Assembly: GCF_006345805.1 (NCBI RefSeq)
Contig: NC_043006.1
Span: 16,182,001 to 16,246,000 of the forward strand
DNA: 64,000 bases
Direction of reading: 5' to 3'
Origin: Octopus sinensis
Lineage: Eukaryota
Both the position numbers and the translations under genes were made by a program. A model generated the notes under the pieces. It was not told the origin of the DNA. It saw only the letters and a list, made by a program, of their open reading frames with translations, and made no database searches. This document shows positions 25,251 to 37,949 of the stretch, piece after piece. Numbering within the stretch: the stretch's first letter is position 1; each line of letters starts with the position of its first letter.

Positions 25251-27185
25251 AGCCTGGGTTATAAAAACATTAAGTCAAACCCAAAGGCCTTCTTTCATTA
25301 TGCAAAAGAAACAGCCTCAGTACGCTGCAAGATAGGACCCCTCTTCCAAATGGATGGCTCCCTCACAGACAGTTCAACTAAGATCAGTGAGATACTGAAT
25401 GACCAGTTAAAAGGGGTCTTTACCACCCCATTGAAACACAGACAAGTGAACGAACCAGTGGACTTCTTTGCCGCCTCATCTATAACCAGCGAGGCAGTTA
25501 CAATGGAATACATTGACATTAGCGAAGAAGATATACTACTAGCCATAGACAAAGTGGACACAAACTCAACTGCTGGTCCTCATGGTTTCCCAGCAATCCT
25601 CCTCAAATCGTGTGAGCATGCCCTGGCAAAACCCCTCCAGATTCTCTTCCAGAGCTTTCTTGCAAATGGCAAACTGGCAAGCAAGCTGAAGGAGGGAATA
25701 ATATGCCCAATACATAAAGGGAGAAGTAGAGCAGATGCCAAAAACTATAGGCCTATCTCTCTGACTTCACACATGAGCAAAGTCATGGAACGGATAGTCA
25801 GAGGCAAACTAATCGCAATCCTTGAAGAAAATAACTTGCTGAGTGATACCCAGCATGGTTTTTGACCAGGTAGGAGCTGCCTGACCCAGCTCTTACAACA
25901 TTATGACTGGGTGTTGAGGCAGTTACTCAACAAATCTAATGTGGACGTAATCTACCTTGATTTTGCAAAAGCTTTTGACAAGGTGGATCATCGTATGATA
26001 TGCTACAAACTGCGTGACCTCGGCATAGCTGGAAAACTTGGAGAGTGGTTACATAACTTTCTGAAAGATAGGAGTCAGGCAGTAGTGGTTAATGGAGCCA
26101 CCTCTATGAACACACAAATAGTGAGCGGTGTTCCACAGGTCACTGTCTTCGGACCACTGCTTTTTATAGTGGCCCTCTCAGATATGCCCTCAAATGCCCG
26201 GATAGCCACTCTGGCAAGCTATGCAGACGATACGAAAGTCTCACAGAAAATACAGAACCCCAGCGATGTTACACACCTGCAGCAGATGTTCGTCTCAATT
26301 TACAGATCGGCTGAGGATAATAATATACAGTTTAATGCTGAAAAATTCCAAGCCCTGCGCTATCAGCATCCAAAACTGTATATGAAATTTACAGAGTACA
26401 CTAGTCCACAGGGAATTTCAGTCCCAGAGCCTAAATCAGTGAGGTATCAACATGAGTGATGATACCTTTTTCCAAGTGCACATTACCAGGATGGCGACAA
26501 GTGCAGACGAATGGCTGGATGGATCCTAAGAACATTCAGAACCAGAGATAAGGAAACCATGATGGTCCCCTGGCGGACATTCGTCCTCAGCCGCCTGGAT
26601 TACTGCTCATAGATATGGTTACCCACCAGTGTGAAATTAACAGCGACCTTGAAGCAATCCAGACTAGATTCACAAAGAAGATCGTCTCTTTGCAACAGCT
26701 CAGCCACTGGGAAAGGTTGAAACAGCTAAGACTCTACTCCCTGGAGAGAAGACGGGAGAGGTAAGCAGTAATATATATTTGGAAGATCCTGGAAGGAATT
26801 GTGCAAATTTTTGGCATTGAAAGCTACACCAATGCCAGAACGGGACGATACTGCATAGTGCCAAAGATCCCAGCAATGCCATCACGCTTCAGGACCAGTT
26901 ACTGCAACAACCTGGATTTCAGGGGCCCACAGCTTTTTAATATTCTCCCAAAGAGCCTGAGGAACATGCACAAAGTAGATGTAGGGGTTTTTTAAATCAA
27001 AGCTGGACCTCTTCCTATCGAGAATCCCAGATGAACCTACCTCACGGCAAGAGGTGCAAATGAGGGTAGCTATATCAAATTCCATTCTTCACCAAGTGCC
27101 ACATATTAGAGGAGACTCTCAGTAATAATAGTGTAGCAAAACGGCGGTGCATCCGCATGGCCGCAGCTGAAACTAGAGAGAAAAA
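25251..27185 (+). mobile_element. CR1-group LINE, 5'-truncated, RT domain plus 3' tail
   Basis: NPKAFFHYAK, NYRPISLTSHMSKVMER, QHGF, YLDFAKAFDKVDH, SGVPQ, YADD, YSLERRRER; stops and frameshifts; candidate TSD AATACAGA at 25243-25250 and 27186-27193. Confidence 0.95.
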
Positions 27186-27615
27186 AATACAGACAGACAA
27201 AAATAGTACACACACACACACGAATTGCGCTCCAACGAATTTTTGTAGCGTCTCGGCTTAAAAAAGTCCTCAATATTGGTTCCTTGTCCTGTTTTTATTC
27301 TTTATGTGTACTGTATTTTTATTTGTATTGATTTTACGTCCTGTTCTTGTCACTTTTTTTCTTTTTTTACCCCTCTGCAAAAGAATTTTATTTAATTCAT
27401 TTTGCAGGAAGGACTGCTTCGACCGGATCGTGTTCTGCCCTTACCTTCGAGACACGCATTGAGTCGAACCAGGGGCAGCTGATGAAGGGGAATATTCCTT
27501 GTATTGTTTGTCTTGTACTCTGTTTTTTCGTTGTTAAAAAAAGTCCGTTTCCTTGTTTGTTTTTATGTTTTCGTTTCTCGTTGTGTTCTACGTTTATTTG
27601 TGGTGTCCTGTACTC

Positions 27616-27664
<49 letters not shown>

Positions 27665-28565
27665 TGTTTATATACATATAGATGTAGGTATGTACATATA
27701 TGTATGTATGTATGCATATGTTTTATTTGTTAAATTGTTTATATATATATATACATACATTAACCATCTCTGCATTAAACAGGCAGTAAATACTGTCTTT
27801 AAATATCTTATATAAATATATATATTTGTGTGTTTGCGCGCGAGATTGCGTGTTTGTTAATGGAGTAGAAATCTAGGAATCAGTTTCTTTAATTCTTAAG
27901 TGTGAAAGACATAAATTCCTTTGCATTATTTCAAGTAGTTTATCTTTGCTTTCACTCTAGATACATATATCAAGAAATCTATTATCAGTTAAATCTTATA
28001 AGTTTCTTCAGAGAACATCTGATAATTAAAATTAAAATTCTAATCAGTTTCACGTAATATATTCTCCGTGTTAATGAATACAATTGTTTCTCTTTTGAAT
28101 AATCAATATTTAGCCACAAGATATTTCCAATCATAGGCTAATGGATATGTTCGTTCTTAATTATTCGACTTTATTAATATTAGCATAAATATTATATATC
28201 ATTTCCAATCATGTAATCCGACTATTAGTATATCAATATAACTGCTAACACTTTGATAAACTTTCTGATATGTTCGCATATGTATGTAGATGGTAAAAGT
28301 GCGAAGAAAAATAATTAGTAATTTAATGTAATTATAACCCGCAATTAGAGGTAAAGTTTCAGTCCACTGGTGTTAAGCGAATCGGAAATAAGTTTCCTAC
28401 TCTCGACTTCAGTTCGGTACAAGTAATTTTTCCTGACACATATAATTGGATTTAGCACGACAGGACTCTGCCTCTGTCTATCTTACTCTCTTCCCTTCAA
28501 TCTTTCTCTCTTTCTTTCGTACACAAATCACACACACATTCATACATACATACATACACATAGAT

Positions 28566-28732
28566 ACCTATTTCTTTACTACCCACAAGGGGCTAAACAC
28601 AGAAGAGAGAAACAAAGACAGACAAACGGATTAAGTCGATTACATCGACCCCAATGCGTAACTGGAACTTAATTTATCGCCCCCGAAAGGATGAAAGGCA
28701 AAGTCGACCTCGGCGGAATTTGAACTCAGAAC
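28566..28732 (-). mobile_element. SINE family B, 3' part
   Basis: Reverse complement of the family B body and tail. Confidence 0.9.
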
Positions 28733-30017
28733 ATTTTTAAAATGTACCATTCTAAGGTAGAGGATTGGTAGAAGTGTAAAGACGTCAGACCAGATGCCTG
28801 GCTGTATTCTTTTGGTTTTTTGCCATGTTCTGAGTTCAAATTGCGCCCTAGCCTACGAGAGTGGCAGACTTAATCTGTCATTTGATTTAACATCACCCCC
28901 TGGCATCTGTGGTGAGGTCTTTAACAGAATCCATTCTGTAAGCATTTTGGCTACGTTCCCAATATCGAGACACTTTTCTTCCTCCCTCCTACCGAGCTAA
29001 AAGGTCATACGAATTCTTTTTTAAATGTTAAAAGCATCATCGAATTTTTATAAAATATTAGTTTTGTCTGATATGGGGGAAAAGGTTAAAATTTACTTCT
29101 AAGATTTTGGGACTTTATTCAGGGATATTAACTGGGTAAGCGTGTCATCTTTGACCTAGAAATAAAATTAGTTCATCGCCACGAATCTCTTTTTGATAAT
29201 TTTATTTCTACAACGTGTACATTCGGGCACATCAGATAGGACAAAAATAATATCAGATCTTGGAACAACTATTTTATCACGCATATATCTCAGAAAATCT
29301 TGGACATCGCAAAATTATTCACACCTATAAATGAAGAGGAGAAATATTTTTAAAGCTAGTGACAGTCGCCATCCAGCTTCAATGTGATTAATAATACATT
29401 TCTACCGACAACTTTATATCTGATATAATTACATAAGGCATTTGTATCATATTCAGCAGCACCTGCAAAACTCTTTGTTAATCGTAAACTTGACAAGAAC
29501 GTCATGAAATATTAAGTAAACAGATGAAGGTAAGCGCTTGATAGCGATCGTTCGATGTATCAATGAAACATTAGCAAATCGATAGAAAGGAACTTCTAAT
29601 GACAGCAAGTGAATTATAGTGATTGTCAGAATTCAGCTATATATCCCTTATGTTTAATCTAACAATCATTAGCCATAAAGTAAATTATCACGACTTTATT
29701 GAATGAGTTTCGTTCTATGTGTTAACTAATCAATCGTGCTTCATTATTTTTAATGTACATGAAACACCAAATACCAAACCCTCGGGCACAGAATTTCCCA
29801 ATCAATCATATTTCTATGATAAAAATTTAATTATCGACATCTATACCATAATAAAGTACAAGTCTTTCTTCTGCTTCTGCGTGCCCTATGCTGATTCGAC
29901 AAGAAGGAAGCTAATGTTACACATGCACGCGCACACATACGAAGATATGTGCATGTATGTCCGTGTGTGTATTTGAGTGTATATATCTATACTTACATGT
30001 CTATCTCTCTCTCTCTC

Positions 30018-30050
<33 letters not shown>

Positions 30051-30064
30051 GTATATATAGACAC

Positions 30065-30247
30065 AGGCGTGGCTGTGTTGCAAGAAGCTTGCTCCCCAGC
30101 CACATGGTTCCAGGTTCAGTTTCAGTCCCACTGCGTGGAACATTGGGTGTCTTCTATAGCCTCGGGCCGACAAAAGCCTTGTGAGTGGATTTGGAAGACC
30201 AAAACTGAAAGAAGCCCGTCATATATATATATATGTGTGTGTGTGTT

Positions 30248-30278
<31 letters not shown>

Positions 30279-30438
30279 CTGTGTGTGTCTGTGTATCTGT
30301 GTTTGTCCCCCAACCGTCGCTTGACAACCGATGTTGGTGTGTTTACATCCCCGGTTAGGCAAAAGAGGCCGATGGAATAAGTACTAGGCTTGAAAAGAAT
30401 AAGTCCTGGAGTCAATTTATTCGCATAAAAGGCGGTGC
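30065..30438 (+). mobile_element. SINE family A, diverged
   Basis: Head, CORE-like motif, internal (TA)(TG); tail truncated at GGCGGTGC. Confidence 0.9.
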
Positions 30439-30834
30439 TTTGCCTTTTATCCCTTTACAATCATAAACTGTACCCAACTTGGTACATAATTATAGTAATT
30501 ACAACTTGGTTCATTTGGGTTCGTTGTTTGTTTAGGTTTGGGTTTTTTTTGTTTTCTTGGTGACGTAGTTTCAATGATTGAAAACATGTGAGCTACTGTA
30601 AAGGGTATTTTACCTACGATTATAATATCGTGTTGTATCCTTGAGCAAAGCACTTCATAGTTGAAAACTGAGTACCAGCTGAGTGCTGGTGTCTCTCTCC
30701 CCACTTTCAACTATCAAATTTTGGATGTGCCGCTGGATCAAAGCGTGAAAGAACGAGAGGGTGTCTATGTCTGCTCGTAACCACATAAGCACCCAAAAAA
30801 TAATTGACGAAAGCCTGGTACATGATGCCTAACC

Positions 30835-31064
30835 TATTTCTTTACTACCCACAAGGGGCTAAACACAGAGGGGACAAACAAGGACAGACAAACGGATAAA
30901 GTCGATTATATCGACCCCAGATAGTAACTGGTACTTGTTTAATCGACCCCGAAAGGATGAAAGGCAAAGTCGACCTCGGCGGAATTTGAACTCAGAACGT
31001 AGCGGCAGACGAAATACTTCTTAGCATTTCGCCCGGCGTGCTAACGTTTCTGCTAGCTCACCGC
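30835..31064 (-). mobile_element. SINE family B monomer
   Basis: Full body; TSD GATGCCTAACC at 30824-30834 and 31066-31076. Confidence 0.95.
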
Positions 31065-31371
31065 AGATGCCTAACCATACACGTTTGCGGATGTCAACGC
31101 GCTCTTTATGACTTAATGACTTATTCAAAGAAAGAGTAGAACTAATGACTGCTTTCAGATATCCAAGACTGGCATGAGAATGATAGAATACTTCCTCAGA
31201 CTGGGAATCTGAGGCGAATACTTGCAGTAGAATGCATCTCGCTCAAGGTACCCAACAGACAGATGGTCGTGTTAAAGTGGACGAAGTATTAAATCTGTCA
31301 ACCGAAAACAGAAATGGTTACTAAGTTGGGTTTCCACAAATCGTACCAAATTTTACTTCATTTCGCTATGG

Positions 31372-31791
31372 GGATCTTTTCAGTTTGAACGGCAGTTTTT
31401 TCTAGCGGTGTCATATGAAATTGTCACCCATAATTATGTGCCTAGTATCGATCTATTGCATTTCAATCTGTTTTAGTGTTAGGGTTAGTTAGGGTTAGGG
31501 GTGGGGGGAGGGTATCTGTTTTCTTCAAAAATGTAAATAAAGCCAATCTGTTTCTTAAACGAGGGACATATTCATACGGCACAGAATGTTTTCAATAGAC
31601 GTCATTGATTGGTTGAAATTGCAGAAATTGAAGAAAAAAAACAACAAATATCTTGCAAACTATAGAATTTTCTCAATAAAGCCAAGAGAAAAAGATGTTT
31701 TATAAACACATTCTACCAGTATGCGAAGTTTAAAAGTGTTTAGTTACGTGGAAATTATCTTAAAAAACTGCCGTTCAAACCGAAAAGGTCC
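31372..31791 (+). mobile_element. Merlin-like MITE with (TTAGGG)n
   Basis: TIRs of about 29 bp starting GG; 8-bp TSD CGCTATGG at 31364-31371 and 31792-31799; TTAGGG tract at about 31473-31500. Confidence 0.9.
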
Positions 31792-32718
31792 CGCTATGGT
31801 AGAAGACACTGCGGTTGTTAAATACTAAGTTCTGTGGATATAGTGGGACACGAACCACCGGCCTATTTGTCGGTAGTCCAACAAACTGTGAATTCGGACA
31901 ACGGTACCTGAGCCTAATAAAAAATATTAAGTCTTAAAGCTTCCAAATGAGAGAATTGAAATAAAATTAGATTGGCTTTATTTTTATAATTAGACAAGGC
32001 AGGTGGTTTGAATTAGAGGTGTATTGCCGTTTCAATCGACCTTAGTATACTAATGGTACTCTATCATATTGATCCAAGGTAGCGATGAAATAAGTTAAAT
32101 TTAAACCCCGTTGAGATTTGAACTCTAACATAAAAGAAACGAAATTAAATATTGTAATGCCTTGTCGACTCAATACTTTAATGAGAATAATTATTAATTG
32201 ATTAATTGACTGATTCAAATATCAAATATTTTCACAAACATCTCATGAGATCATAATACAATATCTAAGTTTACTTCTTGCAGACAAATAAACAGATTTC
32301 TCCTGTTGCCTCTCACCCACTTCACAAGTCGTTTTATATGTTACATTTATTCGTCTGATAATTTTATACAAATATACTCAATCTCGATTTTCGCATTAGA
32401 AGTGATGCTTCAGTTTTCTATTTATGTGTTTTTTTATAAGACAAACAACCGCATCGGTGGCATAAGATAAACAACCGCGGGGTAGAAATGAGATGGGATA
32501 GGTTGAGATGAGAGAATTGCAGTAATTTTTTGTTTTTAATCATGAAATTACTGAAGATTAGAACTGGGTACAAATACATAAAATATTTCAATATTTCTGA
32601 GATCTTGTTGCCACTGTGAAGTTTTGTAGAGCCACAAGCGAGCGATAGTTCATGTTCTGTCATCGAAGTTGCATTGTATTCTCATCGTCGCCAAAACTGT
32701 AATCTCATTCAAGCCTAG

Positions 32719-32719
32719 T

Positions 32720-32809
<90 letters not shown>

Positions 32810-32886
32810 CAGACATACATACATACATACATACATACATACATACATACATACATACATACATACATACATACATACATACATAC
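32719..32886. repeat. (GATA)n(CATA)n microsatellite
   Basis: Directly visible. Confidence 0.95.
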
Positions 32887-33132
32887 TATCTATCTATCCG
32901 CTCAGTCGAAGTCGACTCTCGGTTACACCGATGGATCAGTGTCCTCCAGCCAGTTCTATCCTGGGTCGCTTCTTTCAGATTGGCTATGGCCATTCCCGTG
33001 TCACTTTTGATGGTGTCAAGCCAGCGGGTTCTTGGTCGGCCTCTTCCTCTCTTGCCACTGACCATTCCGAGCATGATGTCCTTCTCCAGGGATTTTCTCT
33101 GCATAATATGACCAAAATATGTCAATCTATGC

Positions 33133-33134
<2 letters not shown>
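32887..33134 (-). mobile_element. RTE/BovB-like LINE 3' end
   Basis: RLTYFGHIMQRKSLEKDIMLGMVSGKRGRGRPRTRWLDTIK...QDRTGWRTLIH; flanked on both sides by (CATA)n. Confidence 0.9.
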
Positions 33135-33163
<29 letters not shown>

Positions 33164-33451
33164 CATACATACATACATACATACATACATACATACATAG
33201 AGAGAGAGAGCGAGAGGAGAGACTGAGAGAGAGATTATATACATTTATATATGTGACTCGCATGATATACACCCCTACACAAATCAGGTTCATAACACAT
33301 AATCTAATCGAACTCATTTTCCTCGAAATTATTATTTATTCTGAGATCTTGTTGAAAGTATTATTTATACAGGACAACTGAAAATATAATATACCCACTA
33401 TTACTTTGGCGGTGGAGGCCTTGATATTCATTTTTTATTATCATATACGCA

Positions 33452-33489
<38 letters not shown>

Positions 33490-33980
33490 TATGTATGTAT
33501 GCATGTATGACTTTTTTATTTATTTTATTCTTTCCTGGGTGGGAGCTGGTTTTTAAGAAAGAAAACGTCATCGGTGGGATTTGGACAACAGCAACACTAA
33601 TTGCTACAAACTGAATTCTGGAAAACATTTGCATATTTTTACTATCAAACCTACATAATGTATCTGTAAGGTTCACGTTAACTGGTCTCTGTGTTTCCTT
33701 GAAAATTTTGGCTTCTTCAGTTCGGGGCTTGGGCGTTTTCTAACATATCCGAGTGCACTAATAATTATCGGTATAAAGGGGAATTTACAATCAGGGTAGA
33801 TGATCTGCAGCTTTCGGAGTAGGTCTCCATCGATATTTTCCTTCTCGCTGGTTATAATAGAAATCTCATGGTAGCTAAGCTCTGACTACGCCAGGTTTTC
33901 CTTTTCAATTTTTTCTACCCTCAAATGACTATATTAGGCTTGTTATGTTTGATGGAAATGTTCTACCAGATGTTTGTAAT

Positions 33981-34331
33981 TATGTATGTATGTATGTATG
34001 TATGTATGTATGTATGTATGTATATATGTATGTAAGTATTTATGCATATATGTATGCATGTATGGAAGCATGTATGGATATAGGTATAAATATAAGTATG
34101 TATGTATGTATGTATGTACGTATGTATGTATGTATGTATGTATGTTTGTATGTATGCATGTATGTATGTATGTATGTATGTATGTATGTATGTACGTATG
34201 TATGTATGTATGTATGTATGTATGTATGTATGTTTGTATGTATGTATGTATGTATGTATGTATGTATGTATGTATGTACGTATGTATGTATGTATGTATG
34301 TATGTGTGTATGTATGTATGTATATATGTAT
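33981..34331. repeat. (TATG)n microsatellite
   Basis: Directly visible. Confidence 0.95.
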
Positions 34332-34930
34332 CAACAACAAAAAAGAGGTATAAGGACTTGCTGAAGGCTTCCTTAAGAGATGCTTGCATCTCTCCTGACA
34401 CATGGGAAGGCATAGCTATTGATTGTAGCAGGTGGAGAAGGATTGTGCACGAGGGGACAGCAACTTTTGAGAAATATCGAGTTGTGCATGTGAAAGTAAG
34501 GAGGGATGTCAGGAAGGACATCGCTGTTACACTTCCAGATGGGAAGAGTCTTCCTATGACGCTGACATGCAGTGTCTGTGCAAGGCCCTGCCTCAGTAAA
34601 GCTGGACTCAAGGGTCATCTTCGTAGTCATACAGCGAGACAGATGAGTGACAACCTGGCCACTGGTGGTGGTGTTACACACCATACTAATCATATCTGTC
34701 AGGCATGTGGAAGAGAGTGTAATTCGGCAGGAGGACTTAAACGACATGCAAAGGTACATGAAGCCCAATTACAACTACAGCCGGCCATTGCTGGTAAAGA
34801 TTTTAGCTGCCAATTCTGTACAAGACATTGTAGATCTTTAGCTGGGCTAAAAAGTCACATTCGATCACAGCACCAATAACAGTTAAGCTTCGTGCAATGG
34901 CCATACTCGATAACGAGGGGGCAGCCATCA
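34332..34930 (+). mobile_element. RTE-clade LINE 3' end with uninterrupted frame encoding three C2H2 zinc fingers
   Basis: KKRYKDLLKASL..C.I..DTWE..A.D.SRWR (typical RTE post-RT region), then CSVC..HLRSH, CQAC..HAKVH and CQFC..HIRSQH; stop at 34877-34879; short 3' UTR running into (TGTA)n. Confidence 0.9.
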
Positions 34931-35377
34931 TGTATGTATGTATGTATGTATGTATGTATGTATGTATGTATGTATGTATGTATGTATGTATGTATGTATG
35001 CATGTATGTATGTATGCATGTATCTGAATGACCAAAGAAGTTCGGTTTACAATCAGGAGATTTTGGGTACAATTTTATTCTCGCATTTATGTATAGACTG
35101 CATTCTTGGAATTTTGATCAGAAACAGCTATTAGCTTTCTTATCCTTGCTTTGTATTAATTAAAAAAAAATTTTAATATGGTCTTATCGATGTGCTGGTT
35201 AATCTATGTTTTTCTCCATTTTAATTATTTGCATTGGTTCCTGATAAACTTTTGTTTATTCCATTGTCACCTGCGCTCAACATATATAGTGTTCCTGTAC
35301 ACCTTCGCCAGGGGATAACGGATATTGATAGTACATATGGATATTTTATTCCTTAGTCGGTTACTACAACTGCTAAC

Positions 35378-35454
<77 letters not shown>

Positions 35455-35464
35455 TGTGTGTGTG

Positions 35465-35894
35465 TAATCAAAATAAGCAACAAGTATATCTGAGGTAATT
35501 TGGTACAATCGTTTCATGCTACTTCATTTTATTAAACACTGTAAGTATCACATCAGTTTTAAAATGTCGAGCATTACATCAGTATTAAAACTGATGTAAT
35601 ACTTAGAGTGTTTAATAAAATGAAGTAGCATGAAACAATTGTACCACTCTACCTCGGATATACTTGTTGCTTATTTTTATTATAATCACCCCATTTGATT
35701 TATATGGATAATACCATACAAAATTCTGGTACCTTTAACTTAAGTACCATATTCATCTGAATCTAAATTTTGCTGAACTTATATATTTATCTTTACTAGT
35801 ACATACGCAGTGAAGCTATACATTAGCGTCGTATTTATTACGTTCGCTATTTTCCAGTAAATACCGGTACTTCGTTGTACCATTTATTTACTTT

Positions 35895-35897
<3 letters not shown>
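35465..35897. mobile_element. Foldback, probable PLE terminal remnant between (TG)n and (TA)n
   Basis: Inverted repeat at about 35465-35561 versus 35584-35682; GAAACAATTGTA motif shared with the 55834 hammerhead-like motif. Confidence 0.5.
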
Positions 35898-35947
<50 letters not shown>

Positions 35948-35952
<5 letters not shown>

Positions 35953-36100
35953 GACCAGCTATTCTCAGTTTCCGTCAACCGAATCCACTCACAAAGCTTT
36001 AGTCGACCCGAGGCTATAACAGAAGACACTTGCCCAAGGTGCCACGAAGAACGAGGAATGATGTGGTTGGTAATGATGCTTCCTACCACACAGCCACGCA
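35948..36100 (-). mobile_element. SINE family A, 5' half, diverged
   Basis: GAAGACACTTGCCCAAGGTGCCACG and head on the minus strand. Confidence 0.85.
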
Positions 36101-36741
36101 TGTGCCCATGTTGATAATAACATATATTTATCGCAAATGTACAAATGAGAAATCTGTTTTAATTTCATTTGAAGGCAATATTTTTATGAAAGTTCGTATT
36201 CATTTTATCCTTTTGTAGTGGTACTAAGAAATTTACAAAATGTTAAATTATATTTAGCGTATGTATGCCTTCCAAAGTTACCTCTCATATGGCGGGTATT
36301 ACTCTAGGTTTCGTATTAATACGAGACTCTGTGGAGTCTTCAACACGAGAGATGTTAGAATTCTGTTAACCGATGCTGCTATGTTGCACAGACTTTTTTA
36401 GTTGCTGAGTCATCTAATTTCCTAATAAAGAATATGTGTCTATTTACATAATACAAACTAACGTGTCTGCATATTCGTTGATGCGTGTTGGTTGTGTGTG
36501 TCCGTGTGTCTGTATGTATACCTTTATTTCATTTTTAATATACACATCAGCAGACATTCTTCTTTCTTTGAAAACTTATCTGATACAAAACAAAAAAATG
36601 ACAATATAGTTATCCAATTTAGAATTTAGGGTTACATCTGCACAGTTTTTTATTTAAACGAGAAGAAATTTCTTGTACACTTCCACACAAAAGAAACCTA
36701 AGAACTTACACCTTAATGCCCTTTAAAAAAACTTGTTACTA

Positions 36742-37089
36742 TAGGCGCAGGAGTGGCTGTGTGGTAAGTAGCTTGCTTACCAACCATTTCGGGCCGACCA
36801 AAGCCTGGTGAGTGGATTTGGTAGACGGAAACTGAAAGAAGCCCTTCGTATATATGTATATATATGTGTGTGTGTGTGTGTGTATGTTTGTGTTCGTCCC
36901 CCTAGCATTGCTTGACAACCGATGCTGGTGTGTTTACGTCCCCGTCACTTAGCGGTTCGGCAAAAGAGACCGATAGAATAAGTACTAGGCTTAGAAAGAA
37001 TAAGTCCCGGGGTCGATTTGCTCGACTAAAGGCGATGCTCCAGCAGGGCTGCAGTTAAATGACTGAAACAAGTAAAAGAGTATAGAGAG
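36742..37089 (+). mobile_element. SINE family A with internal deletion of the B-box/CORE segment
   Basis: Head joins directly to TCGGGCCGACCAAAG. Confidence 0.9.
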
Positions 37090-37949
37090 CAATTCAAAAC
37101 AAATCTGTATTTATTTACTCTGCATACAACTTCAACTGTTTTCCATAAGCTGTTAGACATAAAGCGTAAAAGCTGAAAATCTAAATGTATCTGGAGTTCT
37201 GGTTTCTTAACAAAACTTTGTAAGGTTTTTTAAAACTTATACGGTGCAATCTTTTTCCTATAAATGCTATTAAGAGCGTGTGAAGAGAGAATTACAGTAT
37301 CTAGGTGATGACGAAATAAATATAGTGAATACTTTGTTCTACGCAGAAACTATAGGGGATACCCAGAGGTATTGTATGCTCTTCCGAACCCATCTCAATA
37401 TCGGAAACCCTCTGTATCATCAGCACGTGAAAAAGGGTCAATAGTGTTTCGCTTCTTAATCTGTACGCTTCTCCTGAGTTTGACAGCAAAGACTGAATTA
37501 GCCTTCACCTGTAGAAAGGTTCTATCTGCAGTCGCCACCTTCAGCTAGTTTCAGCAGTCATCCTTGGTGGTTTTCTCCTTTTGTCTGGGTTTCAAAACAA
37601 TCTTTTACATTTTATAGCGCACCGATCTAGCTGGAAAGCGGCGACAGTTGGCTTCAGTAGGAACTGAGGTTGCATGCAATCCCTTGACAAGTGCCTCATC
37701 AGTCAAGTTCTGATATTTAGTTTCCTTCAACTGGTGAAAATGACAAGTTGTCTTCCCGGAGTTTTCTAAGTTTATTCACGATAATTGTTTTTACATTCCT
37801 GAATAGTAATAACATGTGTCGTCGGAGCGATGCTACCGCCACCTCTTCTGACAATACTAGGCTACCCTTCAGGTCCGCGCCCAGCTGCTAAACCTAGTGT
37901 ACAGATGTCTATCTAGTGCGCTCGTCGGCTTTTCGTCGGCATCGAGTAG

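Noticed and set aside
27479-27505. CTGATGAAGGGGAATATTCCTT as a hammerhead
   Set aside because: Core and a stem are present, but no downstream GAAA or convincing stems I and III.
33943-34403. MYVC/HTYI-repeat ORFs
   Set aside because: (TATG)n read-through; only the RTE portion from 34332 is real coding relic.
34550-34879. Host C2H2 zinc-finger gene
   Set aside because: Fingers are in frame with an RTE ORF C-terminus, lack TGEKP linkers and are followed by a LINE-type tail.
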